This document shows, piece by piece, positions 10,265-19,517 of a stretch of DNA of 64,000 nucleotides. Source of the stretch: Myxococcota bacterium (GTDB taxonomy: Bacteria > Myxococcota_A > UBA9160 > SZUA-336). The notes under the pieces were generated by a model, which ran no database searches, was not told where the DNA came from, and saw nothing but the letters and a program-made list of their open reading frames with translations. Location of the stretch: the NCBI GenBank assembly GCA_965247115.1, contig CBDFGR010000003.1, positions 384,001 to 448,000 on the forward strand. Reading direction: 5' to 3'. A program made the translations under genes and the position numbers. Numbering within the stretch: the stretch's first letter is position 1; each line of letters starts with the position of its first letter.

Positions 10265-12058
10265 ATGGAAGAGACAGTCGTAAATATGGATGCCGCCCTG
10301 AAGGGCATGATCTACGAGAAGAACGTGCGCATCGACACGCGCGACGGCTCCCACGTGATGGTCAACGTATTCCGGCCCGAGGGGGACGGTCAGTGCCCTG
10401 CCCTGCTGGCGGTGTCGCCGTATGGCAAGGATCTGCACACCAAGGATGGCTTCCCCGAGATCTGGGTCGAGATGCGGGAGCACATGCCAAAGATGGACGA
10501 GAAGTCCACGCTGAGCCTCCACACCTGGGAGAGCAACGATCCGGAGCTCTGGGTGCCGTACGGCTACGCGTGCGTGCGCCTGGACGTAACGGGAGCCGGC
10601 AAATCTCCTGGCAAGCTCGATTGCTATTCCCCGACCGAAGCGCGGGCGACCTACGACGCCATCGAGTGGGCGGCGGAACAGCCCTGGTGCAACGGCAAGG
10701 TTGCACTGATTGGGATCTCGTACCTGGCCATCATCCAGTGGCGAGTGGCCTCGGAGCAGCCACCGCACCTGACCTGCATCTGTCCCTGGGAAGGTGAGTT
10801 CGACTACTACCGCGAGTGGGCACGCCACGGTGGGATCCTGAGCAACACGTTCTCCGAGCTCTGGTGGCCGACCCAGGTGCTGGCGCTGCAGAACGGGTAC
10901 GCGGGCAGCCCGCACCGAGACCTCGACGACGGCGCGCCGATGGGCGGGCCGGTCTCGCTCTCGGATGCAGAGCTGGAGGCCAACCGCATCGACCTGACTC
11001 AGGAGTTCCGCGATCGCGAGCTGGATGGCCCCTGGTATCGGGAGCGCAGCGGCGACTACGAAAAGATCGTGATCCCGCTTCTGTCCGCGGCCAACTGGGG
11101 TGGGTACGGCCTGCACGGGCGCGGAAATGTCGAGGGCTTCACGCAGAGCGCATCCAAGGAGAAGTGGCTGCGGGTGCACGGCGGCAACCACCGCGACGCG
11201 TTCTTCCTGCCCGATGGTGAGGGGCTGCAAAGGCAGTTCTTCGACCATTACTTGAAGGGCGAAGACAACGGCTGGGAGAAGCGGCCCCCGGTCATGCTGA
11301 AGGTCCGCCGCATCGACGACACCTTCTTCGAGCGCGACGAGCAGGAGTGGCCGCTGGCGCGGACGCGGTGGACCAAGTGGTACCTGGATGCGGAGTCCGG
11401 CAGCATGGGAGCCGACGCGCCGGCGCAGGAGGGCGTGGGATCGTACCCTGGCATGGGTACCGGCCTGAGCTTCCGCACCCAGCCGCTGGCCCAGGAGACC
11501 GAGATCACGGGCCCGCTGGCGGCCAAGCTGTTCATCTCGTCTGCCAGCGAAGATATGGACATCTTCGCGACCCTGCGCGTGTTTGCACCCGATGGGAGCG
11601 AGGCGACCTTCATAGCCTCTGTGGAACCGAAGGGACCCTTGGCCCAGGGCTGGCTGCGGGCTTCGCATCGCAAGCTGGACACCTCGCGCACTACCGAGTG
11701 GCGCCCGTGGCACACGCACGACACGCTCGAAAAGCTCACCCCCGGGGAGATCTACGAGGTGGACGTGGAGATCTGGCCGACCTCGCTGGTGGTGCCCGCT
11801 GGCTACACGCTGGAGCTGCTGATCGAGGGCAAGGACTTCGCACGCCCGGCCGAGGAGCGGGATCCGACCTACGCCCAGATGTCGGCGCGCATGAGCAGCT
11901 TTGCGGGCCGAGATTGGCCCGAACTCTTCTGCGGCTGCGGCCTGTTCCTTCACAACGATCCCCAGGACCGCCCGCCCGAGGTATTCGGCGCGACAAACAG
12001 CGTCCACACGGGAGGCGCCCACAGCTCCTACCTGCTGGTACCCGTGATCCCCGGCTAA
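10265..12058 (+). CDS. CocE/NonD family hydrolase, copy B'
   Basis: Same length (597 aa) as 7453..9246; about 23 aa differences by hand count. Confidence 0.92.
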   Translation: MEETVVNMDAALKGMIYEKNVRIDTRDGSHVMVNVFRPEGDGQCPALLAVSPYGKDLHTKDGFPEIWVEMREHMPKMDEKSTLSLHTWESNDPELWVPYGYACVRLDVTGAGKSPGKLDCYSPTEARATYDAIEWAAEQPWCNGKVALIGISYLAIIQWRVASEQPPHLTCICPWEGEFDYYREWARHGGILSNTFSELWWPTQVLALQNGYAGSPHRDLDDGAPMGGPVSLSDAELEANRIDLTQEFRDRELDGPWYRERSGDYEKIVIPLLSAANWGGYGLHGRGNVEGFTQSASKEKWLRVHGGNHRDAFFLPDGEGLQRQFFDHYLKGEDNGWEKRPPVMLKVRRIDDTFFERDEQEWPLARTRWTKWYLDAESGSMGADAPAQEGVGSYPGMGTGLSFRTQPLAQETEITGPLAAKLFISSASEDMDIFATLRVFAPDGSEATFIASVEPKGPLAQGWLRASHRKLDTSRTTEWRPWHTHDTLEKLTPGEIYEVDVEIWPTSLVVPAGYTLELLIEGKDFARPAEERDPTYAQMSARMSSFAGRDWPELFCGCGLFLHNDPQDRPPEVFGATNSVHTGGAHSSYLLVPVIPG

Positions 12059-12221
12059 GTCTGGGACCTAAAACGGGTTGTTCGCAGGCTTCTAGGAGTC
12101 AGGCAAGGGGAGGTCTGTGTCCGAGGCGCGACGGGGTGAGAAGCCGCTGGCAGCGAATCCCGAGACGACGTAGGGTTCGGTTTCGACTGACACATAAATG
12201 TGTAATAACAAAAGTACTCGA

Positions 12222-12239
12222 GCATCCCCCGGGGGATGT
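12222..12239. repeat. 18-nt palindrome GCATCCCCCGGGGGATGT (element 1, 5')
   Basis: Perfect 16-bp core CATCCCCCGGGGGATG. Confidence 0.9.
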
Positions 12240-12497
12240 TGCGTTTCGCAGATTTCTTGCGAAAAAAACGCGAGAGCCCCTTGACAGGTTTTTGAAAACA
12301 GAACAAAGCCGGCTGAATTCTGGACCACACCGACCTCCCTCGACGTCGCCTCTGCTGTCTGCACCTCGTTCTCCCGGATTCCGCTCTCAAAGACCCTTGC
12401 GCATTCGATCGCCCCACTTGATGCATCCTCTGAGATAAAAAAACGGCGTGCTACTGTTCGGGCCTGACTCCTACTCGGTCCCGAACGAGACGACAAT

Positions 12498-13571
12498 ATG
12501 AAAGGTTCACTCAAGTCCGTTACTGACGACAAGCTGCTCCGCGGACTCGACGAACTCGTTGCGAAGAATCGCCACAACGAGGCAGATCTGCTCGCGTACA
12601 TTGCAGAGGTCGATCACCGCAAGCTCTATCTCGACCAGGCCTGCTCGTCCATGTTTGGCTACTGCACGGAGGTGCTCCACTTCTCGGAGGCGCAGGCCAG
12701 TCACCGCATCCACGCCGCGCGAGCCGCGCGTGCCTATCCCGTCGTGTTTGAGAAGATTCGCAAAGGGGAGCTCCACGTGGCGGGACTGTGCTTGCTCGCC
12801 CCCGTGCTCACCCCGGAGAACCACGAGGAGCTGCTCGAGCTGGCGCGCCACAGAAGCAAGCGTGCGATCGAGGTGCTCCTGGCGGACCGCGCTCCGAAGC
12901 CGGACGCCCTGGCACGGGTGCGGCAGCTTCCCGGGCCCAGGCCGGCCCCCGCTGTCGGGCTGCCCTCGGAGATGGCCAGGTCCACGCCCGAGACAGAGAC
13001 CCGGAGTCGCACCCCGGCTCCGCCGCAGCGGGCATCACGTCCTGCGGCGAGCCCGCTGGGCGGCAAGCGCTACAAGATCGAGTTCACGGCCAGCCAGGCG
13101 CTCTACGACAAGTTTCATGAGGCGCGGGCGCTGATTCGCCACCAGATTCCGGATGGTGACATGGGGGAGATCTTCGACCGCGCGCTGACGCTGCTGGTCG
13201 AGGACGCGAAGCGGAAGAAGTTCGCGCAGACGTCGAGTCCCCGGAAGCGGTCGAAGGCTGCGCAGAAGACCGGAGTTCCGTCTCGCCACATTCCGGCGGA
13301 GATCAAGCGGGCCGTCTTCGAGCGAGACGGGGGTCGGTGTGCGTTCGTCGGACGAAGCGGTCGCCGCTGCGGCTCGCCCGACTTCGTGGAATATCACCAC
13401 CTCGACCCCTGGGCCAAGGCAAAGCGGCACTCCGTGGAGCGGATCGAGCTTCGCTGCCGCGGGCACAATCACTACGCGGCCGTGCAGGACTACGGGGCTG
13501 CGTACATGGCGCGGTTCGCGAGGCGGGACAGCATCCCCCGGGGGACGTTCGGTGTCGAGCAGCGGGAGTGA
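12498..13571 (+). CDS. HNH endonuclease with a helical N-terminal domain (DUF222-like architecture), 357 aa
   Basis: RHIPAEIKRAVFERDGGRC..C..EYHHLDPW..IELRCRGHN; N-terminal LAYIAEVD.RKLYL..SMF.YC; Pro-rich linker. Confidence 0.85.
   Translation: MKGSLKSVTDDKLLRGLDELVAKNRHNEADLLAYIAEVDHRKLYLDQACSSMFGYCTEVLHFSEAQASHRIHAARAARAYPVVFEKIRKGELHVAGLCLLAPVLTPENHEELLELARHRSKRAIEVLLADRAPKPDALARVRQLPGPRPAPAVGLPSEMARSTPETETRSRTPAPPQRASRPAASPLGGKRYKIEFTASQALYDKFHEARALIRHQIPDGDMGEIFDRALTLLVEDAKRKKFAQTSSPRKRSKAAQKTGVPSRHIPAEIKRAVFERDGGRCAFVGRSGRRCGSPDFVEYHHLDPWAKAKRHSVERIELRCRGHNHYAAVQDYGAAYMARFARRDSIPRGTFGVEQRE
13531..13548. repeat. 18-nt palindrome GCATCCCCCGGGGGACGT inside the 3' end of HNH gene 1
   Basis: Near-identical to 12222-12239. 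Confidence 0.9.
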
Positions 13572-13677
13572 CTCGACTCGATCCCCTGGAGTGTTGAAAC
13601 GTGCTTAGATCCCACAGTGGTGATCCCTCAGGAGAGTAACAACGTCCTGAGGGGTCACAGCCAGGCCAGGTCGTCGT

Positions 13678-14598
13678 CTAGGCGTACGGATCGATCAGGT
13701 GCTCGACGAGGAACTTCTTGCCTTCCTGAGCGAGCATTTCCAGGCGCGACAGGTCGCTGTAGAGCGTCATGTGGGTGGCGTCGCGACACAGGAACATGCG
13801 CTTCACCGGATTGGGGATCAGGTTGAAGACCGCCAGCTCTTCGTCCCACAGGGTGATGTCGTCCCCCTCAGCGATGCCCATGAACACCGGCTTGTCGAGG
13901 ATCCGCGGTAGGTACGGCCTGACGTCGTACTTCATCAGCAGCTCGGTCGACGCGATGGTCGTGCGGTGCTCGTGGTTGGGGGCCACGGTCTCCTTGAAGG
14001 TCCGGAAGCCGCTGGTCACCTCCGGGAAAGGCCAGGTCGACAGCTCCTGGGACGGATTCTCGCTCGACATCGGAATGTAGCCGTGCTCGCCCTTCTCGAG
14101 CCGCCTGCGGCGATCGTCGAGGATCAGCTGCTCGAGCTCGCGGAACGCCACCGCGCTGTGCACCTGCTTCATGTTCAGGTAGCCGTCCACCACCGGGATG
14201 TTGGAGACGATGCACTTCACCCGGGGATCGGTGGCGCCCACGATCAGCACGTGGCCGCCGGAATACGAGATGCCCCAGATGCCGATGCGGTCGCTGTTGA
14301 GCTCGCCGCGCGTCTCCGCGTACGAGATCGCATTGTGGTAGTCCTCGATTTGATCCCAGGGATCCAGGTGCTGGCGCGGCTCGCCGTCGCTGGTGCCCAG
14401 GCGCCGATAGTCAAAGACCAGCGCGGCAAGGCCCGCGCTCGTGAAGGCCTTGGCGTACTCGGGCTGCACCAGCTCCTTCACGTAGCACCAGCCCCCTGCC
14501 ATCACGACCACCGGGTACGGCGCGCGACCGTGCTCGGGCAGGTAGAGGTGGGCACGGATCGTTTCCCCCTCGCTCTTGAACTCGACGTCTTGCGGCAT
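13678..14598 (-). CDS. Alpha/beta-fold hydrolase (distant paralog of A/A')
   Basis: GGWCYVKE, FDYRRLGTSDGEPRQ, GISYSGGH; AGGAG upstream of ATG 14598. Confidence 0.88.
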   Translation of the reverse strand: MPQDVEFKSEGETIRAHLYLPEHGRAPYPVVVMAGGWCYVKELVQPEYAKAFTSAGLAALVFDYRRLGTSDGEPRQHLDPWDQIEDYHNAISYAETRGELNSDRIGIWGISYSGGHVLIVGATDPRVKCIVSNIPVVDGYLNMKQVHSAVAFRELEQLILDDRRRRLEKGEHGYIPMSSENPSQELSTWPFPEVTSGFRTFKETVAPNHEHRTTIASTELLMKYDVRPYLPRILDKPVFMGIAEGDDITLWDEELAVFNLIPNPVKRMFLCRDATHMTLYSDLSRLEMLAQEGKKFLVEHLIDPYA

Positions 14599-14762
14599 GA
14601 CTCCTACTCCTTCGCCCCGCCGCGCAGAGAATACCACCCACCGGCGACCAGACCCTCGATCGAGCTGTCAATCTCGCTCGAGAAGAGGTATTCACGATGA
14701 GGGGCGATGCTGGTACCATCCAGGAAAACCCAGCATCTGGTTCAAAGCGGAGGTCGTACAGC

Positions 14763-16037
14763 ATGGTCAAGGTCATCCTCAACACGTATCCCGTGATTCC
14801 GGCTGCGGACGAAGCAGAGCGCGAGGCGCTCCGGCCGATCGGCAGAAATGCAGAGCGCTACAAGGAGACGCTCGACGACTGGCACGACCTGATTCGGGCC
14901 TGCGACACGATGGGGCTCTGGGGTGTGACGACGATCGAGCATCACTTCCACTCCGAGGGCTACGAGGTCAGCCCGAACCCCGGCGTGATCAACGCCTACT
15001 GGGCGGCCATCACCGAGAATATCCGCATCGGGCAGATGGGCTACGTGATGAGCGTCCACAACCCGATCCGCGTGGCCGAAGAGACCGCGATCCTCGACCA
15101 CCTTACCGGGGGGCGCATTTTCGTTGGCCTGGCTCGTGGCTACCAGTCGCGCTGGACCAACACGCTCGGCCAGCACATCGGTTCGGTCGCCACGCTCTCG
15201 AACAAGGATGCCGACGATCTGAAGAACCGCGCGATCTTCGAAGAGCAGGTCGAAATGATCCTGGACGCGTGGACCCAGGACAGCATCACGCACAAGAGCG
15301 ACCTGTGGAAAATTCCCAACCCTGCTGAGGGCATGTCCGGCTGGTGGATGAAGGACTGGACCGAGCGGCTCGGCGCACCGGGAGAAATTGGGGACGACGG
15401 CTTGCTCAAGCGCATCAGCGTGGTGCCCTCGCCCTACACCAAGCCGCATCCCTCTCCCGTTTTCGTGGCGAGCAACTCGAGTGTCGAGACGGTCGAGTAC
15501 TGCGCGCGAAAGGGCTTCTGCCCGAACTACTTCACGAAGATCGAGAACGCGCGCGCCCATGCGGAGGCGTACGTCAAGGCCGGTCGCGAAGTGGGAAAGA
15601 ACTATGTGCTGGGCCAGAATCAGTCGCTCGTTCGCTGGATGCAGGTCGGCAAGACGACGGAAGCTGCGCGTCAGGCGCTCGCGGATTACGACGGCGACAT
15701 CTACAAGCACTTCTACGCTCCGCTGTTCGAAAAAGGCCTGCCGAACGAATCCGGCAAGAGAACGCCGATGGACGCGACGCGCGAGTCGCTCGTGGACTCC
15801 ATCTGCGAGACGGGTCTCTGGAACTCGGGGACGCTGTCAGACGTGCGCCAGCAGTTCATCGATCAGTGGAAGCGGGTCCCGGCCGAGTACCTGACCCTGA
15901 TCTTCCACTTCGCCCAGCAACCGAAGGAGAGCGTGATCGAGAACCTGGAGATCTTCATGCGCGAGATCAAGCCGGAGCTCGACACCCTCACCTCGCACCT
16001 GGATGACGAGGAAGCGATGGCGGCGGCCGGGTCTTAA
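14763..16037 (+). CDS. LLM-class flavin-dependent oxidoreductase
   Basis: IEHHFHSEG, HNPIRVAEETAILDHLTGGR..GLARGYQ. Confidence 0.9.
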   Translation: MVKVILNTYPVIPAADEAEREALRPIGRNAERYKETLDDWHDLIRACDTMGLWGVTTIEHHFHSEGYEVSPNPGVINAYWAAITENIRIGQMGYVMSVHNPIRVAEETAILDHLTGGRIFVGLARGYQSRWTNTLGQHIGSVATLSNKDADDLKNRAIFEEQVEMILDAWTQDSITHKSDLWKIPNPAEGMSGWWMKDWTERLGAPGEIGDDGLLKRISVVPSPYTKPHPSPVFVASNSSVETVEYCARKGFCPNYFTKIENARAHAEAYVKAGREVGKNYVLGQNQSLVRWMQVGKTTEAARQALADYDGDIYKHFYAPLFEKGLPNESGKRTPMDATRESLVDSICETGLWNSGTLSDVRQQFIDQWKRVPAEYLTLIFHFAQQPKESVIENLEIFMREIKPELDTLTSHLDDEEAMAAAGS

Positions 16038-16060
16038 TTGAACGACGAGGAGAAACCGAC

Positions 16061-16777
16061 ATGAACGTCGAGATCGAGGATTTCAGCAGCAAACTCGGAG
16101 AGATGAACGCCGCCTTGAAGATTGATCCGGCGTCGACCGCGATCGTCACGGTAGACATGCATCGGGGGCATCTGGACCCGAAGCTGGCCACCATGCCTTG
16201 CTCGCGCGCGACCCAGACCAGTGTCATCGCGGCCGGAGCCCGCGTGCTCAATGCCGCTCGCGGCTGCGGGATTCCGGTTTGCCACGTCACGCTGGGCTGG
16301 CGACCCGAGGAATTCGGCGTCTACATCCTGCTGCGCGGGGGAGTGCTGATCTCGGAGAACGTCGAACCCACCCCGGAGTACGCCGCGGGCACGAAACACA
16401 ACATCTTCGGCGCACCGCAGATCGAGGTGATTCCCGAGCTTCTCGACAAGACAGACATGGTGATCGACACCAAGAAGACCTTCTCCATCTTTCGCGGTAC
16501 AGACCTCGAGATGTGGCTGAACCAGATCGCGAAGGTCGACACCATCGTCCTCATGGGGATCAACACCAACACCTGCGTACAGAATGCGGCCTTCGAGAGC
16601 GCCAATGCGGGCATCCGCCCCATCGTGGTCGACTCAACGGTCGGCTCGATGTACGGAGACGACCTGCACAAGTTCGGCCTCCAGAACATCGCGCGCTGCA
16701 TCGGCTGGGTTCTGACCGAGGACGAGTTCTACGCCAAGCTCGGCCTGCCCGAGAGCCAGGCTGCCGCCGCCGGCTAG
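16061..16777 (+). CDS. Isochorismatase-family cysteine hydrolase
   Basis: TAIVTVDM, KK..SIF.GT.L, GINTNTCV. Confidence 0.88.
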   Translation: MNVEIEDFSSKLGEMNAALKIDPASTAIVTVDMHRGHLDPKLATMPCSRATQTSVIAAGARVLNAARGCGIPVCHVTLGWRPEEFGVYILLRGGVLISENVEPTPEYAAGTKHNIFGAPQIEVIPELLDKTDMVIDTKKTFSIFRGTDLEMWLNQIAKVDTIVLMGINTNTCVQNAAFESANAGIRPIVVDSTVGSMYGDDLHKFGLQNIARCIGWVLTEDEFYAKLGLPESQAAAAG

Positions 16778-16791
16778 CATTCGTTCGACAG

Positions 16792-17874
16792 CTAGGACTT
16801 CACGGTAATGCCGAGCAAGCGCTGGGCGTTGCCTCCCCAGACTAGCGCCTTGTCTGCGGTCGACAGTCCCTCGACGGAATCGACAAGGCCGACCGGATCG
16901 GGTTCGGCCATGTCAAAGGGATAGTCCGTCCCCATCAAGATGTGATCCGCGCCCCAGGCCTCGATCAGGTGACGCAGCTGCATCTCGCTGAACACCACCG
17001 TGTCGAAGTAGAGCTTCTTCACGTAATGAGAGGGTGGCTGGGGGAGTGAGCCGCCCACGTCGGCCCGAGTCGGATACGGGTGGTCGAAGCGCCCCCAGTA
17101 GCTCGGGATGAAGCCACCCCCGTGCGCGACGCAGATCTTGAGCCCCGGGTACTGCTCGAGGTATCCGTCGAACACCAGGTGGCCAACCGCGAGGGCGGAC
17201 TCCAGGGGGTGCCCCATCAGGTTGATAAAGTAGTGGTCGCGCATGCGCGAGCCCTCACTCGTACCCAGCGGATGCATGAAGATCAGCATGTCGAGCTCTT
17301 CGACCTTGCTGAAGAACTTGTCGAGGCCGACCCGGGTCAGCTCGGCGCCCTCGACGTTCGTGGCGATCTCGACCCCGCGCATGCCGTGCTCCCGATGGCA
17401 ACGCTCGAGCTCGGTCACGGCCAGCTCGGGGTGCTGCAGCGGCACGGTGCACATGGCAACCAGACGATCGGGCTTCTGCGCCTGGAACTCGGCCACGCGG
17501 TCGTTGACCTTCTGAACGAGGGCATGCGCCAGATCGCGTTCCGCCCAGTAGTGGTAGTGGAACGGGGACGGTGAGACCGCCTGGATGTCCACGCCCGTCT
17601 CGTCCATCACGGCGAGGCGTTCGTCGAGCCTTGTTAGCTTGGGCCTCAGGGTCTCGTTCTGCTCCGCGTTGAGCTTGTTCGTGAGCTCACTCGACCAGCG
17701 AACCAGGTCGAGCTTCGCGGGCTCCATTATCCCAGCGACCATCTCGTCGGCCTCCGGCACGTGCAGGTGACAGTGGATGTCGACCGTCAAGTGCTTGCGG
17801 TCGCGCTTGACCGAGCCGGGGCCAGAAGCGGCGGCTCCTCCGGCGGGAGATTGGGGGGCGCATCGGAATAGCAT
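16792..17874 (-). CDS. Amidohydrolase_2 family (ACMSD-like decarboxylase)
   Basis: DIHCH, FMHP, AHGGG, GTDYPF. Confidence 0.88.
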   Translation of the reverse strand: MLFRCAPQSPAGGAAASGPGSVKRDRKHLTVDIHCHLHVPEADEMVAGIMEPAKLDLVRWSSELTNKLNAEQNETLRPKLTRLDERLAVMDETGVDIQAVSPSPFHYHYWAERDLAHALVQKVNDRVAEFQAQKPDRLVAMCTVPLQHPELAVTELERCHREHGMRGVEIATNVEGAELTRVGLDKFFSKVEELDMLIFMHPLGTSEGSRMRDHYFINLMGHPLESALAVGHLVFDGYLEQYPGLKICVAHGGGFIPSYWGRFDHPYPTRADVGGSLPQPPSHYVKKLYFDTVVFSEMQLRHLIEAWGADHILMGTDYPFDMAEPDPVGLVDSVEGLSTADKALVWGGNAQRLLGITVKS

Positions 17875-17973
17875 GTCGTCTCCTCAGGCTGCGAAACCAG
17901 CGGATAGGATAGACTGTAGAGGCTCGGAAGTGTGGCGTTGGGATAGGATGAAGCAGCTGCCCCGGAGGGAACA

Positions 17974-19509
17974 ATGGCATCGACGACGAAACCTGGCCTC
18001 TTCACCGGCAAGGAGTACCTGGACAGTCTGAACGACGACCGCGAGGTCTGGATCTACGGGGAACGCGTGAAAGACGTCGGGAATCATCCCGCCTTTCGAA
18101 ATTCCGCCCGGATGTTCGCGCGGCTTTACGACGCACTACATGACCCGGAGCGCACCGATCTGATGACGATACCGATCGACAACGGATCCGGGATGCGGAC
18201 TCACAGGTTCTTCCAGGCATCTCACACCGTGGAGGAGCAGATCGCTGCGCGCGATGCCATCGCGGAATGGGCCAGGATGGGGTACGGATGGCTGGGCCGG
18301 ACCCCGGACTACAAAGCGGCCTGGGTTGGCACGCTTGCGTGCAACAGCGGCCTTTATGGGGAGTACCAGCCCAATGCCGATCGCTGGTACGACCTTGCTC
18401 GCGAACGCGTACCCTACATCAATCACGCGATCGTCCATCCGCCCGTGGACCGGCATCTCCCCAACGAGTCGGTGGACGTGTTCGTCCAGGTCGAAAAAGA
18501 GACCGATGAGGGCTTGATCGTCAGCGGCGCGAAAGTCGTGGCTACCGGGGCCGCGCTGACGCAATACACGTTTGTCGCCCATTACAACGTCGTCCACCAG
18601 CAGAAGAAGTTCTCCCCGATATTCATCGTTCGAAACAGCGCCCCGGGCGTCAAGTTCATTTGTCGAGGCTCATACGAATTCAACTCCGCCGCCGTCGGCA
18701 GTCCCTTCGACTATCCCCTATCGAGTCGAATGGATGAAAACGATTCGATCCTGATTCTCGACAAGGTCCTGGTCCCCTGGGAAGACGTGCTGATGTACGG
18801 CGTAGAGATGTCGAATCAGTTCATATTCCAATCCGGCTTCCTGGGACGTACGCTCTTGCATGGCTGCACCCGCCTGGCGGTCAAGCTGGACTTCATCTGC
18901 GGTCTCCTTCTCAAGGCGGTGGAGATCACCGGTACGAACGAGTTTCGGGGAGTGCAGGCTGTTATCGGCGAAGTGATCGGATTGCGAAATGTGATCTGGG
19001 CGCTATCCGATGCGATTGCGCGCTCCTCCGAGCCGTGGGTCCCGGGCTACGTGCTTCCAAACGCGGAGTGGGGCCTTGGCTATCGGACGATCCAGTCCGA
19101 TATCTACAGTCGGGTGAGGAACTTGATCGGCCGAGTCGTCGCGAGCGGCCTGATCTACCTTCCCTCACACGCCATCGACTTCAAGAGCCCCGAGCTGCGC
19201 CCGTATCTCGACAAGTACCTGCGTGGCTCCAATGGCGTTGAATCCGTCGAGCGTGTGAAGCTCATGAAGTTGCTCTGGGATGCAATTGGCACGGAGTTCG
19301 CCAATCGCCACGATCTGTACGAGATGAACTACTCCGGGAGCTACGAAAAGAGTCACCTGGATCCGCTTGCGATGGCAGAGGTAACCGGCCGCGCAGGGGA
19401 GTGGAAAGCCTATGCCGAACAGTGCATGGCCGAGTACGATCTGGATGGCTGGACCGTCCCCGATCTAGTGAATCCGGATGACGTCAATCTCATCAACCAG
19501 AAGAGGTAG
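17974..19509 (+). CDS. 4-hydroxyphenylacetate 3-hydroxylase family oxygenase component (HpaB/PheA1-like)
   Basis: TGKEYLDSL.D.REVWIYGERV, GRTPDYKA, PLSSRMDENDS, HGCTRLAVKLDF. Confidence 0.92.
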   Translation: MASTTKPGLFTGKEYLDSLNDDREVWIYGERVKDVGNHPAFRNSARMFARLYDALHDPERTDLMTIPIDNGSGMRTHRFFQASHTVEEQIAARDAIAEWARMGYGWLGRTPDYKAAWVGTLACNSGLYGEYQPNADRWYDLARERVPYINHAIVHPPVDRHLPNESVDVFVQVEKETDEGLIVSGAKVVATGAALTQYTFVAHYNVVHQQKKFSPIFIVRNSAPGVKFICRGSYEFNSAAVGSPFDYPLSSRMDENDSILILDKVLVPWEDVLMYGVEMSNQFIFQSGFLGRTLLHGCTRLAVKLDFICGLLLKAVEITGTNEFRGVQAVIGEVIGLRNVIWALSDAIARSSEPWVPGYVLPNAEWGLGYRTIQSDIYSRVRNLIGRVVASGLIYLPSHAIDFKSPELRPYLDKYLRGSNGVESVERVKLMKLLWDAIGTEFANRHDLYEMNYSGSYEKSHLDPLAMAEVTGRAGEWKAYAEQCMAEYDLDGWTVPDLVNPDDVNLINQKR

Positions 19510-19517
19510 AAAAGAAA

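Larger units (their letters stand above)
4255..12058 (+). repeat. Tandem duplication of the alpha/beta-hydrolase + CocE module (A-[M24, DUF488]-B-A'-B')
   Basis: Paralog pairs plus conserved RBS regions (TAACCAGGAGA.CCCCCATG; CTGCTGAA.CGGAGGA). Confidence 0.9.
12222..13571 (+). mobile_element. Putative palindrome-bounded HNH element, copy 1
   Basis: Homology to 48683-50032 starts at the 5' palindrome and runs through the leader and ORF; 20-nt direct repeat 12221-12240 / 13530-13549 with 1 mismatch. Confidence 0.6.

Noticed and set aside
12498..13571. HNH protein as IscB/Cas9-like or a known IS transposase
   Set aside because: No RuvC, PLMP, DDE or HUH motifs visible; no terminal inverted repeats with a clear target duplication
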